A stretch of 64,000 nt of DNA from the NCBI RefSeq assembly GCF_009914755.1, contig NC_060928.1, one strand, 5' to 3'. The translations under genes and the position numbers were made by a program. This DNA is from the human T2T-CHM13v2.0 reference genome, Homo sapiens. Of this stretch, positions 13,390 through 29,884 are shown piece after piece (position 1 is the first letter of the stretch; each line of letters starts with the position of its first letter). A model generated the notes under the pieces. It had not been told where the DNA came from. It made no database searches and saw only the letters and a list, made by a program, of their open reading frames with translations.

Positions 13390-14220
13390 TGAGGACTAAA
13401 CTCTGACCTTTTCGTCTCTTGCCCAAATTCCTATCTGAGAGACCAAGGTTTGTCATGCCCTACAAACCATAAAATCTCATCAGATGGGTTTTATTTAACC
13501 CTTTATGACATGACTTACTTTCCAACCTGACTCTGGCATAACATCATGTGACAGATAAAAAAGAAAATCAAACTTCTTTATCCCCAGATTTTTTTTGATA
13601 TATTTTGAAATGACCCTCCAGAACCATCTTTTGTGGGAGAAAATTTGCATCTGTAAAGAATCTCTGTTAAGGTAACTAGATCTTTCCCCTTCCAGGGCCT
13701 CCCAATCCTGAAGAGATTGACTTAGAGTCTAGCACCTTTTAGTGGTCTGAATAGGAAACATTTGCCATCTATTGCTTCTGAGGGTGGCCACCTATTGAGA
13801 CTTCATCTATATAACAAGAATCTCAGTCTCCACAACTTCTTAACTTACCCTAGACAGTCCTTTCTATTGATTCCAGGTTTTTCAATAACTCTTTCAACCA
13901 ACAGCCAATCAGAAAAATCTGTGAATCCACCTGTGATCTGTAAGCTTCCTCCCTACCCACCCCCACCAAACCATGTGAGGTATACGTTGGTTCAGTCTGG
14001 AAAGGTGAGCCTGCCTCTCTGGACCAAACCAGTGTATACCTCACATGTATTGATTGATGCCTTATGTCTCCCAAAAATGAATAAAACCAAGCTGTAAACC
14101 AACCACCTTGGACACATGTTCTCAGGACCTCTTGGGACTGTAAATAGGGCCATGGTCACTCATATTCAGCTCAGAATAAACCTCTTTACATATTTTTACA
14201 GGATTTAATTCTTGTCAACA
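13390..14220 (+). mobile_element. ERV1 solo LTR (MER4D/E-like)
   Basis: TGAGGACTAAACTCTGACC...AATAAACCTCTTT...GTCAACA; 4-bp TSD ATAG (13386-13389, 14221-14224). Confidence 0.9.
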
Positions 14221-14397
14221 ATAGGTAACCTGCCCAGTGTTAAACGCCATTTCTCACTCATCTGATTGCTACTGAGTCCCTGCTCATCCCAATTGTGAAA
14301 ATATGAGCACACACATCTGCACAACACACACACATACCTCCCAGTAGCTTCCTGGTTATACCCATAGGGCACACTCCCTATTCTGTGTTCTTACTCC

Positions 14398-14530
14398 TCA
14401 TTATTCAAAGTGTGGTCACCTGTTGAGCAGCCTCAGCATCCTCTGAGCTTGTTAGCAACTCTCAGGTTTCACTCCAGACCAACTGACTTGGAATCTGTAT
14501 TTTAACGAGTTCCCTGGTGACTCATATACT
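14398..14530. mobile_element. MER5A-type hAT-Charlie MITE fragment
   Basis: TTCAAAGTGTGGTC...AGCATC...GAGCTTGTTAG...GAATCTGTATTTTAACGAGTTCCCTGGTGACTCATA. Confidence 0.75.
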
Positions 14531-14699
14531 CTGCCCTCTCCCTGCTGGGAAACCTTCCTTTTTCCAACACAGGGCCTTGAGATGCTGCCTGCCTGTGTCT
14601 GGACTGACCCCCAGAGCCTGTAATGTTATGCTTCAGCCTGACTGGTGGCCTCCATGGATGCCCCTGGCCCCATCTCTGAGTTTCTTTTGGACCTTGGAG

Positions 14700-15247
14700 T
14701 GGAGCTGTTCTCACATGGTTAACAAGAATTCTGGACAGAAATATAGTTATAAGCATTAACCAGGCTGCACTTTGACCCACTTCCGTGTAACTGAAAGGCA
14801 CTCAATGCTAGACACTGGCTATTTGCATCCCCATTGTTTCTGTAGCTAGGATTTCTGATGTTAGAATCCTAAGCCTTTTGTTTCAGAATTGCTTAAGCAG
14901 ATCCTGAATTCCAGCAAAACAGCTGATGCCAACCAGTTAAAAGACCTTCACAGAGGAACCAAATCAGCATGAGAATACAGCTTCTTTACCTCCTTGACCC
15001 GTGACTTAAATCCTTCACTCTCAGACCAATCAATGATCTCCACACTTTGGCCCACTCCAAAACCCTTAAAAACTTTGGCCCCAAACTCCTCAAGGAGACA
15101 GACTTGAGGTTTCCTGCTGTCTCCTTGTTTGGTGACCCTGTGATTAAACCTCTTTCTCTGCTACTACTCAATGCCTTGGTGCACTGACTTGCCATGTGCT
15201 TCAGGCAATGAACCTATTATGGTTACAATTTACCTATTACAATTATA
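14700..15247 (+). mobile_element. ERV1 solo LTR (LTR26/LTR8-group-like)
   Basis: GAATTCTGGACAGAAATATAGTTATAAGCATTAA...ATTAAACCTCTTTCTCTGCT; candidate TSD GGAG (14696-14699, 15248-15251). Confidence 0.8.
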
Positions 15248-15317
15248 GGAGAAGGAGTTGTCTCTGTTCCAGACCCTATCTAGCCTTCTGACACCCAACA
15301 GTTAATGGAAGTGATTT

Positions 15318-15612
15318 TTTTTTTTTTTGAGACAAGGTCTCACTCTGTTGCCCAGGCAGAGTCCAGTGGCATAATCTTGTCTCACTGCAGCCTTGACCTC
15401 CCCAGACTCAAGCGATCCCCCTGCCTCAGCCTCCCGAGTAGCTGGTACTATACAGGCATGCACCACCATATCTGGCTAATTTTTTATTTTTTAGTAGAGA
15501 TGAGGTTTTGCCATGTTACCCAGGCTGGTCTTGAACTCCTTGGCTCAAGTGATCCACCTGCCTCTGCCTCCCAAAGTGCTGAGATTATAGGTGTGAGCTA
15601 CTGTGCCTGGCT
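15318..15612 (-). mobile_element. AluJ
   Basis: GCAGCCTTGACCTCCCAGACTCAAGCGATCC (J-type); TSD GTGATTT (15311-15317, 15613-15619). Confidence 0.95.
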
Positions 15613-15959
15613 GTGATTTGTTTTCAGGTGACTGCTTTGGAGCTCACATTCTGAGGCCTCTCTGGATGCTCCCACGATGCACAGAGTTTAGGGGAGTGAA
15701 CCTGGGCATCCAGAACAAACTCCCCTGGGGAGCTGAGCCATTGGGCCTTGGCCCAATGTTCTTCTATTAGCACATCTGCCCATATGGAGATCATGGAATT
15801 CTAGCAACTACCCCACAGAAACTAAGAGTTTGTATTATTGAAAATCCTTATGTGATAGTGACTTAGCTTTCATCAGAACCCGATTCTCCCTCTGTTTTAT
15901 GAGCCACATGCTTGGGGCTAACATCTTCTATTGCTGTAGGTGAATTCATTCCCTGAGCT

Positions 15960-16340
15960 TCTTGCTTTGGTGAGAAAATGTGTTCAGCTGCTCTTAATAG
16001 AAATTCAACTACAGTGGCTTAAACAAATAGAGGTTCATTTTCCTCAGCTAAAAAAAGAATTCAGAGGCAGACTATCCAGGGGATGCTCCAGGGGCTCAAA
16101 GATGCTCTTGGGAACTAGGTCTCTTCTAGCTTTGAGCTTCACCATCCTTAAGAGGTGGTCATGCCACCTCCGGGCATGGTGACTGTACCATAGGCAAAAA
16201 CAGGGCCAAGATCTCATATCAGCCAAGTCTGTTATTGTTTATCTCAGGAAAGCAATAGGTTTCTGGGAGGCGCCACCCTGTAGGCTCTCATGTGCCTCTC
16301 ATTAACCTAAACTGGGTGATGGTGATGTGCAAATAAGGAG
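15960..16340 (-). mobile_element. Old MaLR LTR (MLT1J/K-like)
   Basis: CAACTACAGTGGCTTAAACAAATAGAGGTTCATTTTCCTCA motif. Confidence 0.6.
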
Positions 16341-16539
16341 GAGGTGAATCGGATTCCACAGGCATCCAGCAGTGGCTCCACAGCTATCATTAGGATGCAT
16401 TACCAGGTAGTGGTGTTAGAGCTGATTTGATGTGGGAGAGATTGGGGAAGAAGGATAAAGAATTCAGAAGCTACTGTATTAGTCTGGGCAAGAAGTGAGG
16501 AGGGTCTGCATGAAGGCAGGTGAACAGCAGGAAGGACCA

Positions 16540-17180
16540 CCATCTCCATGGCTGCCCCCTCTCCAGAGCCATCATCTCCCCCACCTGGACCCCGCAACTG
16601 CCCCTATAGGCCTCTCTTCTTCCTTTTGTTCCCTCCAAACGGCAGCCACGGTGATCTTTAAATATATACCCAGATCAGAACAAATCACTCCTTTGTTTTA
16701 AACCTTTGAATGCCTTCCAGTTTCGCTTACGAAACCCTCAATCCTTACCATAGCCAACAGGGCCCTAGAATATCTGGTGCCTGAGGAACTTCTCTGCTCT
16801 CATCTCTTACCAATTCCCCCCTTTCCCTCTGCTCCAGCCACATAGCTCCTTCTGGTTTCTGAATGTAGCTTGATTCTGCCCCAGGGCCTTTGAACTGGCT
16901 GTCCTCCTTCATGCCCCACCTCTCTCCCCCCACATCTCTGCATGGCGGGCTCTCTCTCATCTGTCACATATCACCTCTTCTGAGAGGCCTTCCTTGACCA
17001 CCTGTGTTTAGTGGTCCAGACACCCATCAACTACCCCTGTCCTATTGGCATTTCTTCTGTCTCCAGTGCTAAACTGAGAGCAGGAATCTTCTGCTTGTGC
17101 ATCTGAGTCCTAGTGTTCACGATTGTGTGTGACACATGGTAGGAGTGGTGTGCCTATTTGTTAAATGCATGAGAATAAGT
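16540..17180 (+). mobile_element. L2 LINE fragment
   Basis: CAGCCACGGTGATCTTTAAA, CCCCAGGGCCTTTGAACTGGCTGT, TCTGAGAGGCCTTCCTTGACCACC, TATTTGTTAAATG. Confidence 0.8.
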
Positions 17181-17494
17181 GGATAAAAGACTCAGTAGTT
17201 ACTGCAGAGGTAGAATTTGGCATGCCTCCCTCCACATGAGACATAACAAGCCTGAATATAGAGCGTCAGTGCCAGACATGCATGGATGGGGCTTGATTCT
17301 TGGCTGAGAAGTCAAGGGTCCCGTAGGGCAGGTATAAACCTCAGATGGGGAGGTGGGAGCGGAGAGTGGGTCTGGGAAACAGATGAGGTGACTGGAGACA
17401 GGAGTCACTTCTTGATGGGAGAACTCATTCCAGGAGATAGGTGTGGTCTGGCTCTGGGTACTTCATGGGTAGAATAGTCTTGTTTTCCAGTTAA

Positions 17495-17701
<207 letters not shown>

Positions 17702-17997
17702 TAAAGCCCTACTTTGTGCCTCACAAGCTTCCTTAACTAGACTGTGAGATGACAGGGAGACCCAAAAATGATACCCAAGTTCTCAGCAAGATGATTGAGA
17801 CTCAGGTGGTTCCGTGGATTGCAGGGGGTCACGCAGAAGTAGTTGGTTTATGAGATAAGGCAATGAGCTGCTGGTTTTTCTCCTGGTGCCTCCTCTAAGC
17901 CTCCTGATCCTGGGGATGTATGCATGGTAAGCGCTGGTTGTCCACCTCTGCTGTGTGTCCTACTTTCTTTCCCTTCTCCTCTTGCAGCCTGGCCTAA

Positions 17998-18324
<327 letters not shown>

Positions 18325-19229
18325 ATTACTTCTTTCTTTTACTGCTGTTTGTCCTAGTGCTTGCCCCTGCTGTGCTCCTTCTGCCCGGTGAGGCCTCATC
18401 TGGCCTCTTCTGGCTTCTTCCGCAATAGTTCTGGGAGCCATAGGCTTCTGGATTATATGGAAGTAAAATTAGGAATTTTTTCCCCCTCCAGTTGTGAATA
18501 CTGGAGTGATAGATTTCCTCCTACAGCAAAAAAATAAAGAGAGCTGATGTAGAAATGAAAACCGACCTTCTGCTTGCCGATGAAGGCTTAATCTTGTATT
18601 TGCATAAAGCTGTGCTTGGAGGAGTTTACCAGGCTTTATAGGCTATGCATAAATAATCTTACAGGGCTCTGAAAAGCAAGGGGAGGGCACAGACTTTTGG
18701 TCCTAGTGTAACAGATGGAGACACTGAGGCAGTGCTTAGCGTTGCAAAAAAGTCAGTGAAGCAAAGCGATGTCCAAGCCCATATCCTGAGCTAATGCCCA
18801 GAATGGAGGGCGAGCACCCCTGAAAGCTGCAGCGCACCTCCCCGGGAACCTGTGGGCCAGGGTTGTGGTTTCCCCACCCCGTTTCTTCTCATCAGGACCC
18901 TCAGGCCAGTCCAGCGTGTGGAAATGGGCCAAATCCCTCACTGTGGTGCGAGTGGGCCAGCTTTTAATAGGAGCTTCCGATCTCAAAGAGCTTCTCTTGG
19001 TGAAATGCCTGTGTAAAAAGATGGCTCAAATTGAACAAAGATGAGGCAAAAAGCCTGGAGAGTTCATGGGATAGGAAACTGGTGGCACAGTTCAAAGCCG
19101 TTTGGTGGCCAGATATTTCTATGTGGAGATCCCAGGAGAAAGCACTCCTTTTTCCTGGCTTTGTGCTCTGCCTGTGTCTGCCCTCAGCTGGTCGCTCTTT
19201 GTCCTTTTCCATCTGGCAGCAACTCATTC

Positions 19230-20320
<1,091 letters not shown>

Positions 20321-22207
20321 GGATGCCTGTGCCTTGTGGCCCCATGGCCCCATTTTAGCACTTTCACACATTGGAATTTTCTGTCTGTCTTCTCGCAACT
20401 GTAAGTTCCTTTGGAGCAGGGAACACTCCTCTCCTTCCTTTAACACAATTGCTTAGTCCCTTAGTTCAGATTCTGCAAACATGGTCTCAAAATGGAATGG
20501 ACTGGAAACCACCTGACTGGCTGAATGTCCTGATGAGAGACAAAGAGGGAGCCAGGTCATGGCCATGAAGACAGAGAGGAGGGGCTAGACTCCGGGGTAG
20601 ACAGAAGCAATTAGTGGCAATTCATATAGGAGGGGAAGGAGCAGGAGGGGCTGTGCTTGACTCTGAGAATTTCAGCCAAAGAGGTTGTGTGGGTGGCGAT
20701 GATATCAACTGAGATATCAAACCCAAGAGGAGGTGCAGGTTGCTGGGGAATGACTGGGAATAAATAGTCCTAAGTCATTTGCCATATATGACTTCAAATA
20801 AGTCACAATCTTTCTGTGCTCTTTTTGCCCACCTCTGAGATACAAATGGTTTTCTCTCTTAGCTGTCTTGTGAGGATGTCATTGAAAGAATTAAATAATG
20901 TGTTGTTGAATCAATAAATTATGTCTCAAACTCAAAATGTTGAATGCCTACAATATGCTGAACATTCTGCAAAGACAACTGCTAGAGAAGATGAAGCTGT
21001 GCTTTGCACACTCTGTCTCTATTTGAGTATCAGTCCCTGTGACTTTTCTCTGTGTCTCTCCTTATGAAGAGAAGCTATCACTTTCAGGGTACCATTGAGC
21101 ATGTTCTCTGCACAGTAAAGCCTCTACGCTTTCTTCGAAGCCCCCATGGGGCTGGCAGGAATTTGGGCTTGGGGAGTGTGACTCAGTAGAGAAAACTGCA
21201 GTTGTCTGAAGTGGGCCACTCTGGAGTTGAACTGAAAGGAAAATAGAACTCTTGTCTTCTCAACAGGGGTTTCCCAAGAGGAAATGTGCATGGGTACTTT
21301 CTTTCCCAACCACGGTTCTGCAGCAATGGTAAAATTTCCCTTTGGGGATCCTATTGACTGAGTCAATCTTTTTCTTTTCCCGGACGCATTTTTTTTTAGC
21401 ACAGAATGTATTCAGATTTAGAGGCCAAATAGGCGTAACTGGGGAACTGGCTCAGGTCAAATGCCATTAATCATTTTTACTCAGAGTCCCTTTCACCTAG
21501 GTATTCTTTGCCAATGAAGTGCTCCACATCAAATTTCCTTGGGAGAAACTCCATCATAGAAAATGTAGAGGAAAAGCTGTTTGGCTTGGTGCCTCGGTAA
21601 CCTTAGAAAATTTATTATTCTTCATTCACACTCTAATGTTTGTTTTATTCCCTTTCCCTTGACTCTTTCAAAAACGAAATATAGGTAGAATTGAAATGTA
21701 AGAGCATGAAAGAGATGGGAAGCAAATATGAATGTGGCCTCCATAATTATAGTGACTGAGCATCTGATTTGCCTTAGAGCTTCCTGGTCACTAGGCCAAA
21801 AAGGGAAAAAGAGCAAATCCACACCTCTCATTATTACAGAGAAGCATTCTGGGTCCTTAGAGGAAATTTAATATTTTCTGGCATAAAATTCTTAGAGAAA
21901 AAAAAATCTTGGGAGAAATTTTATATATATGGTGAGAGTTTTATAATGAATTTAGAAATAGAGTTTTATGATGAATTTAGGACTTATGTTTAATTCCTAT
22001 TTCACTTATAATGATCAAGGATGTCACATAAAAGCTCAGTTCAGCACAACGGTTGTGCCAGATAGGAACCAATAGGAGTTAATTATGTAGCCTTGGGTTT
22101 CTCTCACTGGCCTCAGGGATAGAACTTGGATTCCCCAAAACAGCATGCCTCCAGTGGTGATCCACAAACTACCTGCATTCCAGTGACAGGGGAGCTTGTT
22201 AAAATGA

Positions 22208-22308
22208 CGAGTTGATGGGTGCAGCAAACCAACATGGCACATGTATACCTATGTAACAAATCTGCACTTTGTGCACATGTACCCTAGAACTTAAAGTATA
22301 ATTTTAAA
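22208..22308 (+). mobile_element. Very short 5'-truncated L1PA 3' end (~100 bp)
   Basis: CGAGTTGATGGGTGCAGCAAACCAACATGGCACATGTATACC...CCCTAGAACTTAAAGTATAA; TSD AAAATGA (22201-22207, 22309-22315). Confidence 0.93.
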
Positions 22309-22732
22309 AAAATGAAAATCTCAAGGCCCTACCCTGGAACAATATCTTAATTTGCAACCCCTAGGGACAGAGCCTGAGGCAAGCATTGAGTAAAGTGGGG
22401 GCAGTGAAGGAAACCCCAGTAGGGGAGTGGGGAAGAGGGCAGAGAAGATGAGTCAGTTGATTTTAGGTATGTTATCAAGCCCCCTATGGCTGGGGCAACT
22501 GAAGGTTAATACTCTAGAGGAACTCTGTGCTACAGAACATTTATTACTTCTGAGGGGCAGGGATCTGGGGTATTTACACATCAACTTCCATCACTTCTTA
22601 TTTGAAGGCGGCTTCTGGAGCATTAATACCCCAGCCTGTAAACTCTGGCAGCCAGGGAAAGGTCTCAGGCAAAGAAATTCAGGACTATTAACCAGGACGT
22701 CTGGTGGCATTGACTGTGGTGGGAAAGGAGAG

Positions 22733-23612
22733 TGGATCAGTTGGCTAGGGCTGCTGTGACAAAGGACCACAAACGGTGGACTACACACAAGTGGATCGTC
22801 TCACAATTCTGAAACTAGAAGTCTGAGATCCAGGCGTCGGCAGGGTTGGCTCCCTCTGCGTGCATGAGGGAGAATCTGTTTCAGGTCTCTCCCCTAGCTT
22901 CTGATGGGTTGCTGGCAGTGTTTGGTGTCCTTGGCCTCAGCTATGTCACCAGATCTCTGCCTTCATCTTCACATGGCATTCTCCCTGTGTGCATTTATGT
23001 CTACATTTTCCCTTTTTATAAGGTGTATAGGCTCTATTATGTTTGCCTTCCCTCTGCCCAATCTATATGTTGAAACTCTAACCTTGGTACCTTAGAATGT
23101 GACTATATTTGGAGGTAGGGCCTTTAAAGAGATGATTAAGTTAAAATGAGGTTAGGATGGGCCCTAGTCCAATCTGATGGGTGTCCTTATGTGGAGAGAA
23201 AATTTGGACACACGGAAAGACACCAGGGATGTGGGCACACAGAGAGATGGCCACGTGAGGACCCGAAAGAGGTCCACGTGAGAAGGAGGTGCCACTGAAA
23301 GAAGCTTCAGAGGAAACTAGGCCTGCTGATGGTAAACTAACCTTGATCTTGGACCATCAGCATCAAGACAGTGAGGAAGCACATTTCTGTTGTTTGAGCT
23401 ACTCAGTCTGTGCTATTTTGTTATGGGGGCCCAAGCAGAGTAATACGTAAAGGTAACAGTCGTACTGGACTAGGGCCCACCCCTAATATGAACTCATCTT
23501 AGCTAATTATATTTGCAGCAACCTCACTTCCAAATAAGCTCACATATTGGAATACCAAAGGATAGAACATCAGCATATGAAGTTTTTGGAAGACACAGTA
23601 AAATCCATAACT
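22733..23612 (-). mobile_element. MLT1C-like MaLR LTR hosting a nested MLT1B
   Basis: CTAGGGCTGCTGTGACAAAG...CTAGAAGTCTGAGATCCAGG; resumes after 23452 and ends AGACACAGTAAAATCCATAAC. Confidence 0.8.
23024..23447 (+). mobile_element. MLT1B-like MaLR LTR
   Basis: AGAATGTGACTATATTTGGAGGTAGGGCCTTTAAAGAGATGATTAAGTTAAAATGAGG; degenerate TSD TAAGG/TAAAG. Confidence 0.85.
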
Positions 23613-24479
23613 GTCACCCATGGGTCTGACAGCAAAGACTCTATCAACTGAATCTGAACATTTGAGATGGGCCCTGAGAATCTACATTGATATCAGTTTT
23701 TCTAGGTACTTCTGTTATGTATGAAAATTTGAAAATCAATGACCTAGAAGTGGGGCCATTACTTTATCCTACCCAATTACCTATTTTCTCTACTGTAGTT
23801 TTGGTAGGAGGGCAGACATTCTGAGGCTTTCCATGGGTCTGGAAGGTCAGTTTTACTGAGAGAGTAAAACTTGGCTGTCAAACACTACCCTGGCATTGTA
23901 GTCTATTAATCACATGACCACTATCTTCCATTGGTCTGTGTACTTTTTTCAGGGTAGAGTTGGATTGAATTCATCTTGGCATTGCTTGTTTCTAGTACAT
24001 TGCAGGTGCTAATGCATATTTGTAGAACAGAATCTGCCAAATAATAGACTGCTATGGAATGCTTTTTAAATGAGTGAAATAGACTAGTGTGTGCCGGCCA
24101 ATCATTGTCTGTTAAATGAAGGAATAGATATTAAGAATGACACTGAAACTCTGCCTCCCTTTTTTTTCCCCACTAAATGGTATCATTTGGGGGCACAATA
24201 TCCCCAGAGTTATCATCATTGCCAACTCTAACAGGGGAATCCAGAATTCTGCTAGTGGAATTTATTATACCAGATTTCTCTAGGGAAATAAACTGAGTGG
24301 TGACCAAAATTTAATATATTACTAGGCAGTTTTTCTCTGTGTTTACTGGTTAAGCAGGCTTCTGAAAACTGACATCTATACTTAGCACTAAATAGTCCTT
24401 GTTAAATTAAGAATGATAAAGAATAAAATGATAAGACTCATGGTCATAGACATTTTAAGTGTTCATAAACTGGCTTTTC

Positions 24480-24899
24480 TCTTCTTCCTGTTATATGATA
24501 GAATTACACACCTCTGATCCACTCAGAGTTAGGTATGGTCAAGTGATTTGTTTGGGCCAATGAAATCCAAGCTCTTTAAGAACCACTGTGGGGGCTGCTC
24601 TGCCTATGGTATAGCCATTCTTTATTCCTTTATCTTCTTAATAAACTTACTTTCACTTTGTGGAAAAAATTTTAAAAAAAGAACCAGTGGGAGATTCACT
24701 TTACCATGTAGTGTTAATGTTGAAATCACCTGCAGAAATGAAGCCTCCATTAGCCTGGGTCTCTTTGTGATGGCCGTAGATCTCCCCTCACCCTACTTCT
24801 ATATGTGTAGTAGGAATAAGATATACAATATGAAGATTAAGCCATTGAGACTTTATTTTTATCATACTATTGTAACAAAATCTTTCTTGTTAATTGACA
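24480..24899 (+). mobile_element. Old MaLR LTR (MLT1I/J-like)
   Basis: GTTAGGTATGGTCAAGTGATTTGTTTGGGCCAATGAAAT...GCCTCCATTAGCCTGGGTC...TAAGCCATTGAGACTTT. Confidence 0.65.
24591..24678 (+). pseudogene. Processed (polyadenylated) retrocopy of an ERV1 LTR 3' end (MER41-like)
   Basis: GGGCTGCTCTGCCTATGG...CTTAATAAACTTACTTTCACTTT, A-rich tail from 24664; TSD AAGAACCA[C/G]TG[T/G]G (24578-24590, 24679-24691). Confidence 0.7.
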
Positions 24900-24900
24900 G

Positions 24901-25466
24901 TGATACAGGATATTTCTTTGTCCCTTTGCCAGTCAGGGACCTCCAGTCAGCAATGCTAGAGGCATGCTACCTGCTGTAGGAGGTGCTCTGTCAAATCATC
25001 CTACCCGGGCTGACTCCGATTTGTGCACTAGTTCCTGAGTTCTTGTCCAGAGTCCAAGAAGAATGAAGATACACTGACAGTCAAAGAGTGGGCAAAGTGG
25101 AGAGTTTTATTCAGTGACAAAACAGCTTTCCAGGGAGAGGGAACATGGGGGTGGTCCCTCTAAAAGGCAGGAAAGTACCCCCAATGTGGCTGAGTCTTGG
25201 GCTTTTATGGGCTTAGAATAGGGGAGGGGCAGGCCATAGGTAGTAATGGAAAGGCAACATTTGATTGGTTAAAAGGCATTATTCAGAAAGAATCAATCAG
25301 GAAAGGGCAGGCAAACACAAACAGAAGTTCTCACTCTGGGTCTGGGTTTCATCCAGGACCAGGAGTCCAGCCTTTCAGCCTTCAGGTTGTTTTTTAGCTT
25401 GAAGGTGTATTTCACCAGGGATGTGCCCCATTTGCACAGGCATTTGTCTGCCCCTTGCTGCTATCA
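24901..25466 (-). mobile_element. ERV1 solo LTR (LTR27/LTR28/MER52-group-like)
   Basis: TGATAC...CTATCA termini; minus strand begins TGATAGCAGCAAGGGGCAGACAAATGCC; AATAAA on the minus strand near 25106-25111. Confidence 0.8.
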
Positions 25467-25469
25467 GTG

Positions 25470-28227
<2,758 letters not shown>

Positions 28228-29884
28228 TCTGATGATCAATTTTTCCTTCTTGATTTATTGAATGTCACAAAGAGCTAGTGGTAGCTTGAACATTTTATAG
28301 GATACATGTAGTTGCCCTTTGGGTATCTGTATTATGGGGCATTTTTATCTGTTTTTTGGTGGCGAGGATAGGCGGAAGGGGAGGATAGGTGAAAGAGAAA
28401 ATAGGAAAACTTCAGAGGATGCCAATGTCAATTAGTTTTTGTCTATACCTCACATTTGTTTATCATTTGTAAATATCTCTTAGGATCTTCTATTTTTGCT
28501 TGTATCATTTCCTATGCCTGTAAAACTTTGTAATTTTATATTTTTTTCTGAAATACATCAAAACTCTGAATACTTTTCAAAATGTTTTATAGTTTTCATC
28601 TTAATATATTACTTTATATACCAATTTTCTAAATGCATAGATCACTAAAGGAAGAAATGGCTGCATGAAAGGATTTGGGCTTTTAACCTAAAGATTCACT
28701 TCTATATAGTTTACAAAAATAAGCACAAGGCATTATTTCACTGAGGGAGAGTGATCCAGATCATAAATTTCCAATTTCCATTCCTAAGTTAATCATGACA
28801 TGTTAAAAACACAGATCTTAACTTCCCAATTTTCCACTTCTATGCAGTACAAACTGTTTCCCAGATTTTCTTGTTTCGATGTGAAATATTATTTTCATAA
28901 AACTCTGAGGAGTACAATTTCTTTGTAACTCCTTTTCTCTCATCACTGCTGCTGTGTATAATTTATATAGCATCTCTGACATTCTTTGTGCTTTGTGTAG
29001 CTGAGATTCCAATGTCAGGTCTTTACCCTGAAGAACTTAGAATTCAGAATCTAAAGCTTCAGGCACTCTGAACAATAAAGCAAGAAATTATGGTGGTGGG
29101 TGGAGGTTTCAAGGTCTCTAAATCTGCTCTAAAAAGACTCTCAAATCATCATTGTAATGGGTCCTTTTTGTACTCAATAGCTAGAATTAAAAACAGGACC
29201 TTGGGTAACCCCACTTCCTTTTCCCATGGAACTATAATAACTTGTCAGGCTCTATTTTTCTGAAAACTTATCAGAGTGCCAGGTTGTTTAAACCATAACA
29301 ATGAGTGTCTACTCCTGTGTACCATAATATGTGTTCTATTAACTAGCATGTAAATTTCTTTTTGGAAGAGTCTATGTATTTCATATTTTAAAATTACTTT
29401 CCCAGTGTTAAACTCATACTTATGCAAAGTTTTACTAATTCAGTGTGGAGTAACAAAAATCTCCTATCTGAATATGTTTAAACAGCTTCAAAAAAAGGAA
29501 ATTTATTGACTTAACTGAAAAGTTTTGGGGAGCTCACCTGTAGACATGGCTGGATTTGGGCTCAAATGATGTCACCAGTAATTGTCAGGTCCTGGTTTCT
29601 CTCCATCCTTCAGTTCTACTTCCCTTGTTTTATCTCTATGATCACTCAGTTCATGCCTCTCCCTCTGGGTGGCAACCTGGTTCCGATTAATCCAGGCTTC
29701 TGGATGACAAGAAAATGAGAAGACAAAACAGTTTCTCTCTGTTTTTTTCTCTCTGTCTCTTCACCTGTCTTCCCAGCAAAAGTCATTGGTTTTAGTTGGA
29801 TCACTTATGTTGGTCCATCCTGGCAGCTGAAGGATGTAATGTTCTCATCAGCCAGGCCAGGTGTGGGTTTAATATCATCTAAAC

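Larger units (their letters stand above)
22151..23742. mobile_element. MER5-type DNA transposon split by L1PA and MLT insertions
   Basis: Left part CAGTGGTG...GGGAGCTTGTTAAAATG (22151-22340); right part AACTGAATCTG...GGGCCCTGAGAATCTACATT...TTTGAAAATCAATG (23640-23742). Confidence 0.6.
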
